From positions 1-64,000 of IMG/VR virus record IMGVR_UViG_3300005546_000003: a stretch of DNA of 64,000 nucleotides, one strand, 5' to 3'. The DNA is from a virus (lineage: Duplodnaviria > Caudoviricetes). The position numbers and the translations under genes are program-made. Below are positions 9,981 through 17,781 of the stretch, in pieces (position 1 is the first letter of the stretch; each line of letters starts with the position of its first letter). The notes below the pieces were generated by a model. That model did no database searches. It was not told the DNA's origin and was given only the letters and a program-made list of their open reading frames with translations.

Positions 9981-10336
9981 GAGTTTATATTAAAGACCCT
10001 TGATGGGGAATCACGCCAGTTATCACCAATACCTAACTGTATTAGCTCTGTTTGAACTGGATAATCTTGATGCTTCACCCCAGTTCGACCATAAAACTTA
10101 TCTATTTTAGCCCTCAATTCTGGAGTTTGCACCACAAATGAATACTTATCCCCAACCTGAACCCTGTAATTATTGTCGATTGGCCGAGAGTTTGGGTCAA
10201 TCTCTGGTGCTACTCCAACCTTGAAAGGACTGGGAATAATTGAGGTCTGCCACGCTAGGGCTAGCCCGAGTGCTGCTGAGCCTAGCCATTTCCCAAAGGT
10301 TCGTCTATTCAAATTTGTTGACTCTGATTGGCTCAC
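9974..10336 (-). CDS. Hypothetical protein with twin-arginine (Tat)-like signal peptide
   Basis: N-terminal LNRRTFGKWLGSAALGLALA. Confidence 0.55.
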   Translation of the reverse strand: MSQSESTNLNRRTFGKWLGSAALGLALAWQTSIIPSPFKVGVAPEIDPNSRPIDNNYRVQVGDKYSFVVQTPELRAKIDKFYGRTGVKHQDYPVQTELIQLGIGDNWRDSPSRVFNINSW

Positions 10337-10752
10337 TCAGTTCCAGCCCTTCTAGTATAGCAGCGCACTGTATGAAATTCATCATATCCACCACAATATC
10401 CACACGAAACTCCGTATAGAGGTTGTTTACGTCCCAGTTCATAGTAATTTCGGATGTGTTCTGCTGGCTTAAAGGGCTCGAAATTAGCCCTGAACAGTCC
10501 CATTGAAGCTGCAGCGTACATCTCTAGAAGCTCTTCTGGGGTTCGGCGAGACTTGAAGTCCCTGCAAGCAGCTTCAACTGCAGTTTCATCTGAAAGATGC
10601 TGGTCATTTAATGGACCCCCAAGAAATGCCAAATTTGACGGCCAGTGGGGTTTAAGATAAGCTTGTGGGGGCTTACCATACAGCTTAATTGCAACTTTTA
10701 CTAGTTTATCAGCAATTCTAGCTTTCAAATTTATTAGCTTTAACTGGCTCAC
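10333..10752 (-). CDS. Hypothetical protein
   Basis: 139 aa, C-terminal CGYC...H...C; 4-nt overlap with the downstream gene. Confidence 0.55.
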   Translation of the reverse strand: MSQLKLINLKARIADKLVKVAIKLYGKPPQAYLKPHWPSNLAFLGGPLNDQHLSDETAVEAACRDFKSRRTPEELLEMYAAASMGLFRANFEPFKPAEHIRNYYELGRKQPLYGVSCGYCGGYDEFHTVRCYTRRAGTE

Positions 10753-11227
10753 CGTCGTCTCCTAAGGTTGGCTCAAGCGCAGCAGCAGGTTCAATTCCTC
10801 TAGCTCTAGCTCCCTTGCCAACGGTTATTCTAGCTACCGGCCCCCTCTTTCTCTCCCCATCTACCAATTGCCCACTATCGCTCCGCTGCGTTTCCAATAC
10901 CGGCAGCTCATGCTCAATTCTCATAGCATCGGGCGCGGTGGCTTGGGTTTCGCCTAGCTTTCGGCTGACTCGAATGCTTTGTTTGACTGGGGTGGTTTTG
11001 GGGTCAGGATCATCCCCTAATAGTCTCTCTAGCTTAATCTTAGCCTCATTATCCATAGGATAAGAGCTAATTGTGAGCTCTAGGTCAAAACTAGCGGTTG
11101 GAAAGGTCAAATGCGCTTGAAGCAGCTGGTTGTTATCTAGCTGGGCTTTGAAATCGTCTAGGATGATCTTCTTAAGTTCGGCCCCGTCAAGAGGATAGAA
11201 CAATTTTGTAGTTGCAATACTTGTCAT
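10718..11227 (-). CDS. Hypothetical protein
   Basis: 169-aa ORF in an operon-like run. Confidence 0.6.
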   Translation of the reverse strand: MTSIATTKLFYPLDGAELKKIILDDFKAQLDNNQLLQAHLTFPTASFDLELTISSYPMDNEAKIKLERLLGDDPDPKTTPVKQSIRVSRKLGETQATAPDAMRIEHELPVLETQRSDSGQLVDGERKRGPVARITVGKGARARGIEPAAALEPTLGDDGEPVKANKFES

Positions 11228-11231
11228 AATC

Positions 11232-11477
11232 TTACCAATTTGGTTCCTCTGGGTGGACTGGACTAGCTAGCTCAACTGCCATTCGGGCTTTCATCTCGTC
11301 TAGAATCTCTTGACCTCGCTTGGTATAGCTCTCTAGCGCGAGTACTAGCACTCCAGTTTCAACATGGGCTACCTTTAGCCAACATCCTTTAAGTGGAATG
11401 GATTCGCCTACCCTAAATTCCCCTATAACTCGGGCCCCTTGGCTGGTATATTCTGGTCTTTTAGCTCGCTTGGTCAT
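11232..11477 (-). CDS. Hypothetical protein
   Basis: 81-aa ORF coupled to its neighbours. Confidence 0.55.
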   Translation of the reverse strand: MTKRAKRPEYTSQGARVIGEFRVGESIPLKGCWLKVAHVETGVLVLALESYTKRGQEILDEMKARMAVELASPVHPEEPNW

Positions 11478-11799
11478 AATAGAACTGCTCCCGCGCTACA
11501 GGGTCTCTCAAATTGGCCTCATAGAGCTTGAGCAAGCCTTCCAGCCTGTCTCCAGTTGGTAAACTGCCCTCACGGGCCAACCAACCGTAAACAGACCTAC
11601 CTGAGCACCCTAACTGGCGGGCAAAAATCTCTGGACTCAGCCCTAAGCTCTCGTAAACTACCTTCACAAAATCCAAACACCAAGCTCGACGCTCTTTATT
11701 TAGATATTGAGGGTCAAAAATAGCCTTGATTTGCCTAGTTTCGGGCCAATTAGCTAGCTTGGGCAGGCTCTGGGCTGGATTTGGGGGTCTCTTGGGCAT
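11461..11799 (-). CDS. Helix-turn-helix DNA-binding protein (XRE-like)
   Basis: LGLSPEIFARQLGCSGRSVYGWLAREGSLP fits the HTH pattern. Confidence 0.6.
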   Translation of the reverse strand: MPKRPPNPAQSLPKLANWPETRQIKAIFDPQYLNKERRAWCLDFVKVVYESLGLSPEIFARQLGCSGRSVYGWLAREGSLPTGDRLEGLLKLYEANLRDPVAREQFYYDQAS

Positions 11800-12238
11800 C
11801 TTTTGGTCTAAAAATCACTATCATACTAGGAAATGGAGCTGAACTAGGAGCACCTACGAACTTTAGTCTGCCTCGAATGAACCTGATTTCCCCATATGGG
11901 AGACAAAAATCATGGAACCACTTGGTATCAGTGCGAGCCGGGAGGAGACAAACTGTTGGGGCTCCGTTTTGGCTCTCATTGTAAGCTTTTTCTACCCATT
12001 TGCCAATTTCTCTCCCATATGGGGGGTTGAGCCAAACATACGAATCCTCTGGCATCAGCCCCCAAGCCTTCTCTAGTGCCCCCTCGCTGTAGTAATTGGC
12101 AAGCTTGTGGTTCTGCTCATTTGCAGCAGCATCTAGCTCAAAGTGAAACTCCCTGTCGAGCTCATCCCAGAGCTCCTGTGGAGTCTCCCAATCATCTCGA
12201 TTGGAGCTGAACATGGCTTTTTGGGTTGCTGGGGTCAT
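11750..12238 (-). CDS. dam: Phage DNA N6-adenine methyltransferase (phage Dam family)
   Basis: FSSNRDDWETP, FELDAAA, VWLNPPYG (NPPY catalytic motif), LLPARTDTKWFH, IRGRLKF, APFPS. Confidence 0.9.
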   Translation of the reverse strand: MTPATQKAMFSSNRDDWETPQELWDELDREFHFELDAAANEQNHKLANYYSEGALEKAWGLMPEDSYVWLNPPYGREIGKWVEKAYNESQNGAPTVCLLPARTDTKWFHDFCLPYGEIRFIRGRLKFVGAPSSAPFPSMIVIFRPKDAQETPKSSPEPAQAS

Positions 12239-12249
12239 GATATAAAAGT

Positions 12250-12343
12250 TTGTCTAAGGAACCAGCAAACTGAGGCATTTTACCTATACCCCCGAAGGGG
12301 CTTCGAGTCGAACGAAGTATCTCAGTTCTTCACCATTAGACAA
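12250..12343 (-). ncRNA. Y-RNA-like element (remote copy) with minimal permuted tRNA domain
   Basis: Minus strand: TTGTCTAA-TGGTGAAG-AACTGAG-ATACTTC-[CTTCG TTCGACT CGAAG T-arm, sharing CTTC with the motif; CCCC TTCG GGGG; TAT; AGGT AAAAT GCCT]-CTCAGTT-TGCTGGTTCC-TTAGACAA; same scaffold as the elements upstream of Ro60. Confidence 0.75.
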
Positions 12344-12417
12344 GAGGTCAAGTCAGCAGAAGCTAGTAGCCCTTTGGAACGCTTTCTGCTCGTTACCGGC
12401 TGCACGACTCTATAAAT

Positions 12418-12624
12418 TTAAGCAAATCCAGCCAAAAACTTAATCAAAACCAGCACCGCGATTACAATAACAACCGCGATGGCATATTTCTGAAACGGCT
12501 CTGGCGCAAAGGTGATAATGAGCCAATAAAGCAGCGAAAGCACTATTAGAAATATTAGTACTGGGATTATCAGCGAGGTCAAGCCAGCCATGCTGGAGCC
12601 TGCTAGAAGGGTTAAGAGTAACAT
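12418..12624 (-). CDS. Small membrane protein
   Basis: 68 aa with two hydrophobic segments. Confidence 0.6.
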   Translation of the reverse strand: MLLLTLLAGSSMAGLTSLIIPVLIFLIVLSLLYWLIITFAPEPFQKYAIAVVIVIAVLVLIKFLAGFA

Positions 12625-12630
12625 TTTGGG

Positions 12631-12792
12631 TTATTTTCCTCGTTTGTGTTTATTGGCCTCAATAGCCCTTAGTTGAGCCTCGGCTTTTTCTTTGCTTTGG
12701 GGCTTTTTGCTAAAGGTCTTGTTGGAGTTCTCTTTCTTGACCTTGTAGCCCCCTGGAACTTTTACTACGGTTGCAGTTGAAGTATGATTCAT
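12631..12792 (-). CDS. Small basic protein (53 aa)
   Basis: MNHTSTATVVKVPGGYKVKKENSNKTFSKKPQSKEKAEAQLRAIEANKHKRGK; GAGGAG RBS; downstream of a strong promoter. Confidence 0.65.
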   Translation of the reverse strand: MNHTSTATVVKVPGGYKVKKENSNKTFSKKPQSKEKAEAQLRAIEANKHKRGK

Positions 12793-12828
12793 TTCTCTCC
12801 TCTACAGGCGATTGCCAGTCAAGGATGG

Positions 12829-12857
12829 ACTATATCACCTTTTTTTCGCAATGTCAA
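12829..12857 (-). promoter_or_regulatory. Sigma70-like promoter
   Basis: Minus strand TTGACA-17 nt-TATAGT. Confidence 0.7.
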
Positions 12858-12872
12858 CTGCAAAGATGAGCT

Positions 12873-13841
12873 TTAGTCCCCTACTCGCTGTGCAATAAGT
12901 TTACAATACTCTGGATTGAGCTCTATTAAGATGGAGTTTCGTTCTAGTTGCTTAGCTACCACCCCAACCGTCCCAGAACCTGCAAAAGGGTCTAATACAG
13001 AATCCCCTTGATTGCTTCCAGCTAGAATGCAGGGCGCTACTAAATTCTCAGGAAATGTGGCAAAATGAGCCCCCTTGTATGGTTTGGTTGGAATTGTCCA
13101 AACAGTTCTAGCATTTCTACCCCGCTCCTCAAATCCACCCACTACTAATCTGTCCTTATTGTCCCCCCGGGCTTTGACGCTATGATATGGTAAATTGGCC
13201 TTATAAGGAGCTTTCTGCTCATATACACGGCCAGCCCGTAAACGCTGCCGGTATCGTGCATCGCTAGATGGAGAATATGGCTCAAATTGTTGATTAAATA
13301 GGTACTTTGGGCTTTTTGTTAGCAAAAACACGTATTCATGAGCCATTGTAAACCGATCTCTTACTGAACTTGGCATCACATTAGGTTTGTGCCAAATAAT
13401 GTCATTCCGCAGGTACCATCCATCAGCTTGCAGAGCTAGGGCTACCCGCCAGGGAATGCCAACTAAGTCTTTTGGTTTCAGCGTGTTGTGATGTGGAATC
13501 CTGATGGCTTGTCGGTTAACCCCAAAATTAGCTCCTTTATTGGTATTTTGCTTCTGACTCAATTCATAAGTGCCGCCAGAACCTTTTCTGGAGCCAAAGT
13601 AGCTATCCCCAAGATTTAGCCACACAGTGCCAGAATCAGTAAGTTTCTCACCAATAGCCGCAAACAGCTCTACCAAACGCTCAACATATACTTCTGGTGT
13701 TTCCTCGTGCCCAATCTGACCGTTCACGCCATAATCCCGCAGTCCCCAATATGGAGGGCTGGTTATACAGCACTGAACCGATAAGTTGGGAATTTTGGAG
13801 ACTTCTGCTATTGCATCCCCGCAAATAATAGTGGTTGTCAT
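12873..13841 (-). CDS. Site-specific DNA methyltransferase (N4-cytosine/N6-adenine, beta class)
   Basis: CCITSPPYWGLRDY catalytic motif (SPPY), IIWHKPN, HEYVFLLTK, HFATFP, VLDPFAGSGT SAM-binding motif. True start likely ATG at 13841 (MTTTIICGD) because a promoter lies between it and the 13886 start in the track. Confidence 0.9.
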   Translation of the reverse strand: MTTTIICGDAIAEVSKIPNLSVQCCITSPPYWGLRDYGVNGQIGHEETPEVYVERLVELFAAIGEKLTDSGTVWLNLGDSYFGSRKGSGGTYELSQKQNTNKGANFGVNRQAIRIPHHNTLKPKDLVGIPWRVALALQADGWYLRNDIIWHKPNVMPSSVRDRFTMAHEYVFLLTKSPKYLFNQQFEPYSPSSDARYRQRLRAGRVYEQKAPYKANLPYHSVKARGDNKDRLVVGGFEERGRNARTVWTIPTKPYKGAHFATFPENLVAPCILAGSNQGDSVLDPFAGSGTVGVVAKQLERNSILIELNPEYCKLIAQRVGD

Positions 13842-13850
13842 TTGATGGTC

Positions 13851-13880
13851 ACAATACCACGAACCCCTTATTTTTGTCAA
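13851..13880 (-). promoter_or_regulatory. Sigma70-like promoter for the methyltransferase
   Basis: Minus strand TTGACA-18 nt-TATTGT with TG extension; 9 nt upstream of the ATG. Confidence 0.6.
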
Positions 13881-13899
13881 ATTCACAAAAAAAAATATC

Positions 13900-14345
13900 C
13901 CCCAAGTCCGGTAACTTTACCACACCCCCGTGTGCGCCCCCGCGACAACTAGAGCTACTATGAGACTATGAGCGCCCAGGCAGGTGAGCCCCCGAGAGCT
14001 AAGGCCTTTAGATGGAGTAGTTAAGTCTAGTGTCGGGGGCTCAGCCCCACTCCCCCAAACCTACGTGGATGGGTGTATGGTGTATTACACCTATGTACTG
14101 ATTCAGTACAGTCTGTATCTCAATCTCAGTCTCTCTATTTGTGCGACTACTCATATACCTAATGTAAAGCTTTAACTATTTATCAACAACTTATGGAATA
14201 CAATATAGAGTATACTATATTTAAGTATATACAAGATGTAGAAAGGTGTTACTAAAAGTGACACTTCGAGGGGTGTATTACTGTCTCAAAAGCATACATG
14301 CACCGAGGTTAGGTGTAGTGGAGTTGTGTTGGGGAAACAGGTCTT
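13900..14345. other. Non-coding divergence region (candidate origin or packaging/terminus region)
   Basis: Transcription switches direction here; 11-bp inverted repeat 13985-13995/14033-14043, palindromes 14079-14091 and 14094-14110, AT-rich core about 14160-14250, repeated GGTGTA boxes. Confidence 0.5.
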
Positions 14346-14361
14346 GGGTGGTCAATTTGAC

Positions 14362-14390
14362 TTGACTTTGGGTGTATTCTAGTGTATACT
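14362..14390 (+). promoter_or_regulatory. Sigma70-like promoter
   Basis: TTGACT-17 nt-TATACT with TG extension; ATG follows after 7 nt. Confidence 0.7.
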
Positions 14391-14397
14391 GCAATAC

Positions 14398-14829
14398 ATG
14401 AAAGACAAACTCACCAAGAGACTTTACGATAAGAACCTCTACAGAACAAGCTGGAAGCGTAGATTCACGATAATGCTAGAGAGAGCACAGAATAGGTCTA
14501 AGAAGCGCAATCACCCACAGGTTACTCTTACCATAAGAGACCTTTTAGAGCTACTTAAAGCTCAGGATAACAAAGACTTCTACACTGGTAGAGAGTTAGA
14601 TTTAACTCAAGTAGGCAACGAACAAGCTGTATCGCTAGATAGGTTGGATTCTACTAAGCCTTACGAGAAAGGGAATGTGGTCTTAACTACTTGGGGCATC
14701 AATAAGGCCAAGCAACGATTGAGTGTTGAGGAATTTGTTGAACAATGCAAAGAGGTTATTGAACACAAGAGACCTGACCTTAGTTCGTTGCTAATTGTTG
14801 AAAGGGAAACTACTTGGGCTTTTGATTAG
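14398..14829 (+). CDS. HNH-family endonuclease
   Basis: SLDRLDSTKPYEKGNVVLTTWGINKAK, typical of phage HNH-like nucleases. Confidence 0.75.
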   Translation: MKDKLTKRLYDKNLYRTSWKRRFTIMLERAQNRSKKRNHPQVTLTIRDLLELLKAQDNKDFYTGRELDLTQVGNEQAVSLDRLDSTKPYEKGNVVLTTWGINKAKQRLSVEEFVEQCKEVIEHKRPDLSSLLIVERETTWAFD

Positions 14830-14904
14830 CTCTCATGCCCGCAGGTGCGGAAAGGATTTTGTGGCACGCCGTTTGCGTCCAGCGGCACTAAGCGGCCTGG
14901 AATC

Positions 14905-15040
14905 AGCGGTTTGCGGATTTTTGCCCGAAATTTTGGACTTTCTTGCGATTTTTGGTCCAAATTTTCGGATTTTGGCCGTCGATTTTCGCCACGCAATCGC
15001 CGTGCCAATGCGGTTTTTGTTGGCGTTTTTGCGATTTTTG
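14905..15040 (+). repeat. Helically phased T-tracts (intrinsically bent DNA)
   Basis: T3-T5 runs centred near 14911, 14920, 14932, 14940, 14951, 14963, 14971 and 14984, then 15016, 15028 and 15037; mean spacing about 10.4 nt in the first block. Confidence 0.6.
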
Positions 15041-15166
15041 GCGCTGTGGCACGGCCTTTGCCCTTGTTCGCCCCGCTTTTCGGCGCTAGCCCAAAACGGC
15101 CTTCGGGCCACAAGTTTGGGCAAGGGCGCTATATAAAGACCGTGCGGGTCTAAAACGCAAGGGAGA

Positions 15167-15613
15167 ATGATTATGGCAAATGAAAAGAGCACGCCCGCAG
15201 GAACAAATGCAGCGGGCAAGACCATTCGCAAGGTGCTGAGCGGGATTAACCTCGGCAGCGCGGCCGCGAGAGAGACCGTGCAGAGCGATGGAAGGCCGCA
15301 AGCGACAGGCTTGCTAGTCGAGGCAGGAGCAACATTTGAGGCCCCAAGCAAGGGCTTTCTGGTCTTCATGCCGGAATACGCGACCCAGAGCGAAGATCAG
15401 GCAGAGACAGGGAATTTCACGCTCGGAAGCTCAATCGGTTCCCGGCCTGTGCGGGCACTCGATGGCGGTCAGCCCGTGATGGTCAAGGATGGCGACGCAG
15501 ACACGCACAAGGTGCTATTCACGTGCAGCGTCTACGCCGCGAATATCGACGCGCTCAAGGCCAAAGCCGCCGCGAGAAAGGCGCTCAAGGCAGGGCAGGC
15601 GAAAGCCGCCTAA
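15167..15613 (+). CDS. Early hypothetical protein
   Basis: 148 aa, GGGAG RBS, GC3-rich codons, Ala/Lys-rich C-terminus. Confidence 0.65.
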   Translation: MIMANEKSTPAGTNAAGKTIRKVLSGINLGSAAARETVQSDGRPQATGLLVEAGATFEAPSKGFLVFMPEYATQSEDQAETGNFTLGSSIGSRPVRALDGGQPVMVKDGDADTHKVLFTCSVYAANIDALKAKAAARKALKAGQAKAA

Positions 15614-15801
15614 TCGCATGGGCGGTTAGATTCACACGCATCATGCGCCTGCACTCTCACGGGTGTGGGCGCATAGGTGTGCCTAACGGGCGGGCGGGTA
15701 GCGCGTCAGGTATGCGCCTAGGTGTGTGCGGGTGTGAGCTGGCTTTAGACTCTTAGCATAGCAATTTTAGTGGTGGAGCTTAGCAAAAAGGAGCCCATAT
15801 A

Positions 15802-16023
15802 GTGCCATTGAGCCAACAAGAGTGGTTGGAAAGCCAATGCCCCCGATGTGAGGGATGTAATGAATATGTAACTCAAGGTTGCATCATCCAGCGCATGTTT
15901 TATTGCACTAAATGCGCTGATGGGCTTAAGCAGCAAGCTAGTGAGAGTTATGCTAACCTACCACGCAATGAGCAAGGCAAGGTTATTGCGAGAAACCCTA
16001 AGGAGGAGACAACTCATGACTAA
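15802..16023 (+). CDS. Small zinc-finger hypothetical protein
   Basis: 73 aa, CPRCEGC...YCTKC; AGGAG RBS. Confidence 0.55.
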   Translation: MPLSQQEWLESQCPRCEGCNEYVTQGCIIQRMFYCTKCADGLKQQASESYANLPRNEQGKVIARNPKEETTHD

Positions 16024-16123
16024 ACGCTTAGGTTTTGAACTCGAATGGTATAGAAGGCCATTGCAGGTGTTTCTGTTTTTAGGCTTCGGGCCAAGTCCGA
16101 GCTGGATTCTCAAACTCTGGTAG
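16016..16123 (+). CDS. Small peptide (35 aa)
   Basis: AGGAGGAGACAACTC-ATG; MTKRLGFELEWYRRPLQVFLFLGFGPSPSWILKLW. Confidence 0.5.
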   Translation: MTKRLGFELEWYRRPLQVFLFLGFGPSPSWILKLW

Positions 16124-16135
16124 AGGAGACAATCC

Positions 16136-16264
16136 ATGACAACTCAACAGATTAACGAACTCATAGTCTGGTGGCGAATGGCTAATAATATTCGCGCTGG
16201 TCGTTTCTATGCGCATGTGGGCTGGAGATTAAGTCAGCCCCAGTATTGGACTTGCCCAAACTGA
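16136..16264 (+). CDS. Small peptide (42 aa)
   Basis: AGAGGAGACAATCC-ATG; MTTQQINELIVWWRMANNIRAGRFYAHVGWRLSQPQYWTCPN. Confidence 0.5.
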   Translation: MTTQQINELIVWWRMANNIRAGRFYAHVGWRLSQPQYWTCPN

Positions 16265-16277
16265 AGGAGACAACCTA

Positions 16278-16538
16278 GTGCCAAAACTCAATAATTGGTC
16301 AATAGGCCATCACCCAAGAGATGCTTATCTGCCCCCTGAGTGTAGGACTAGGCATTTGAGTGGAACTCTAGCTAGAAATTATAAGCGGTGGAAAGCTGGA
16401 GACAGCATAACAACGTCGCGCATAGTTTCTATTTCAAATGGCGTGGTTACTACAAGGTCAGGAAGTAAATATCGGCTAGGGAAGCCTAGTGCGGATTATT
16501 TGAAAGCTTTTCCAGAAGCAATAAAACTGCTGAAATGA
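16278..16538 (+). CDS. Hypothetical protein
   Basis: 86 aa, AAGGAG RBS; GDSITTSRIV...VTTRSGSKYRLG. Confidence 0.6.
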   Translation: MPKLNNWSIGHHPRDAYLPPECRTRHLSGTLARNYKRWKAGDSITTSRIVSISNGVVTTRSGSKYRLGKPSADYLKAFPEAIKLLK

Positions 16539-16551
16539 AAGGACTTCTATA

Positions 16552-17100
16552 GTGCCGAAAGAACCCCTCGATCTCGATACCCTAGACCCAATGAAGCTAG
16601 CCAGAGCTCTTGGGCGATGGACTAAGATCAGAGAAAGCCTAGATATGGCGCTACATTACAAAAGCGACATTCAGGCTAGCTGCCGGTTGCATGGCATGAG
16701 GTTGATGGAGTGCTATCATTGTTCTGGGAGCAGGGAGATAGCTAAGGAAATTGCAACCGTGGATAAGAAGCTCCGAGGGATTAGGTTCCTATTGCGCTTA
16801 TGTAAGGTTAGTGAGGAAACGGGGAATAACAGTGCAGCTAGCATAATGGACGAGATGGCTTTTGAAGCTAAGCTGGCTAAGATAATAGCTAAGGTCAATT
16901 CAACTCCAACAACCGAGCAGAGAAGCTATAGCGCAATGGATAGGGGGAATAAGAGGCCGATAGCTGCTAAGGTGCGAGCTGTTCATACGAGTAAGCGTGG
17001 GCAGGTGAACTATAACGAGCTTGGGGCTGGAAGGTATAATACGGTTATTAATTGGGGCCGGAAGTTCAATCCTGCGACTGGGGGTTATGAGAAGATATAA
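16552..17100 (+). CDS. Hypothetical protein
   Basis: 182-aa ORF with AAGGA RBS. Confidence 0.6.
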   Translation: MPKEPLDLDTLDPMKLARALGRWTKIRESLDMALHYKSDIQASCRLHGMRLMECYHCSGSREIAKEIATVDKKLRGIRFLLRLCKVSEETGNNSAASIMDEMAFEAKLAKIIAKVNSTPTTEQRSYSAMDRGNKRPIAAKVRAVHTSKRGQVNYNELGAGRYNTVINWGRKFNPATGGYEKI

Positions 17101-17369
17101 TGCCATGCTATGATGATAGAGACTCGCCATCAAATGTGCGGGCAGAATCTCAAGCACAAATTGACAAGCTAACCAGATTGCTCTGTGAGGCTTGCCTGAC
17201 CATTACCAACGTAGAGAATAAAGCAATTTGCAGCGTTGAGCTGCGAGAGTGGTGGGCCAATCATCAGAAAATCGACAAGAAGCGCAAGCAAGAGGAACGG
17301 CAAGCTAAGAGAGGCATAATAGTTATGGCTGAACTAACTAAAGCAGAAAGAGAGGCTCTAGGCTTGTAG
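17100..17369 (+). CDS. Hypothetical protein
   Basis: 89 aa; MPC N-terminus, LTRLLCEAC and LREWWANHQKID segments; TAATG coupling. Confidence 0.65.
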   Translation: MPCYDDRDSPSNVRAESQAQIDKLTRLLCEACLTITNVENKAICSVELREWWANHQKIDKKRKQEERQAKRGIIVMAELTKAEREALGL

Positions 17370-17383
17370 CTAGTTTTCTCTGT

Positions 17384-17473
17384 TCTCAAACCCCTAACTC
17401 TACAAGAGCTATGACAATTTAGTCAGGCAAGGCATAAGATGGAATCGCCTTGGCTCAGGGTAGGGGTTTGAGA
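17384..17473 (+). ncRNA. Candidate structured RNA (three-way junction on a 13-bp stem)
   Basis: TCTCAAACCCCTA/TAGGGGTTTGAGA closing stem, GAGC/GCTC, hairpins TGAC/GTCA and CAAGGC/GCCTTG; intergenic; strand not certain. Confidence 0.4.
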
Positions 17474-17781
17474 TGAGGGAAAAGCTAAGCTATAGCAGGG
17501 TTAGGGAAGGTTGGCTAATTGGGCAACTGGTAATCTTGCTTAGGGATTAAGCCAGAGAACAATCTTAGTCCTAGTGCAATGCTAGGGAGTGAGAATGAAG
17601 CTCAGCTTAATTGCTGGCCCTGGGTGGCTGCGGTAGGAGTGAGCGGGGGTTTTGAGTAGCAAATACAGACCAGCCCTAGCTCTAGGTTTGAGCTTGCACC
17701 TAATACAGCTGCCAGCCTAATCAAGCTCCTGCTGTTCGGGCTGCCTGGGGCTTGTATATTTGAGGGAGGAGCGGAGGAAAA

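Noticed and set aside
13842-13886. Extended N-terminus of the methyltransferase from the 13886 start
   Set aside because: A TTGACA/TATTGT promoter lies inside this segment, and the family N-terminus begins at MTTTIICGD.
14795-15369. ORFs 14795-15136, 14826-15113, 14833-15369 and 14845-15153
   Set aside because: Mutually overlapping low-complexity frames created by the GC-rich, T-tract sequence; no RBS or motifs.
17680-17745. Twister ribozyme (TAATACAGC)
   Set aside because: The L4 loop and pseudoknot partners are missing.
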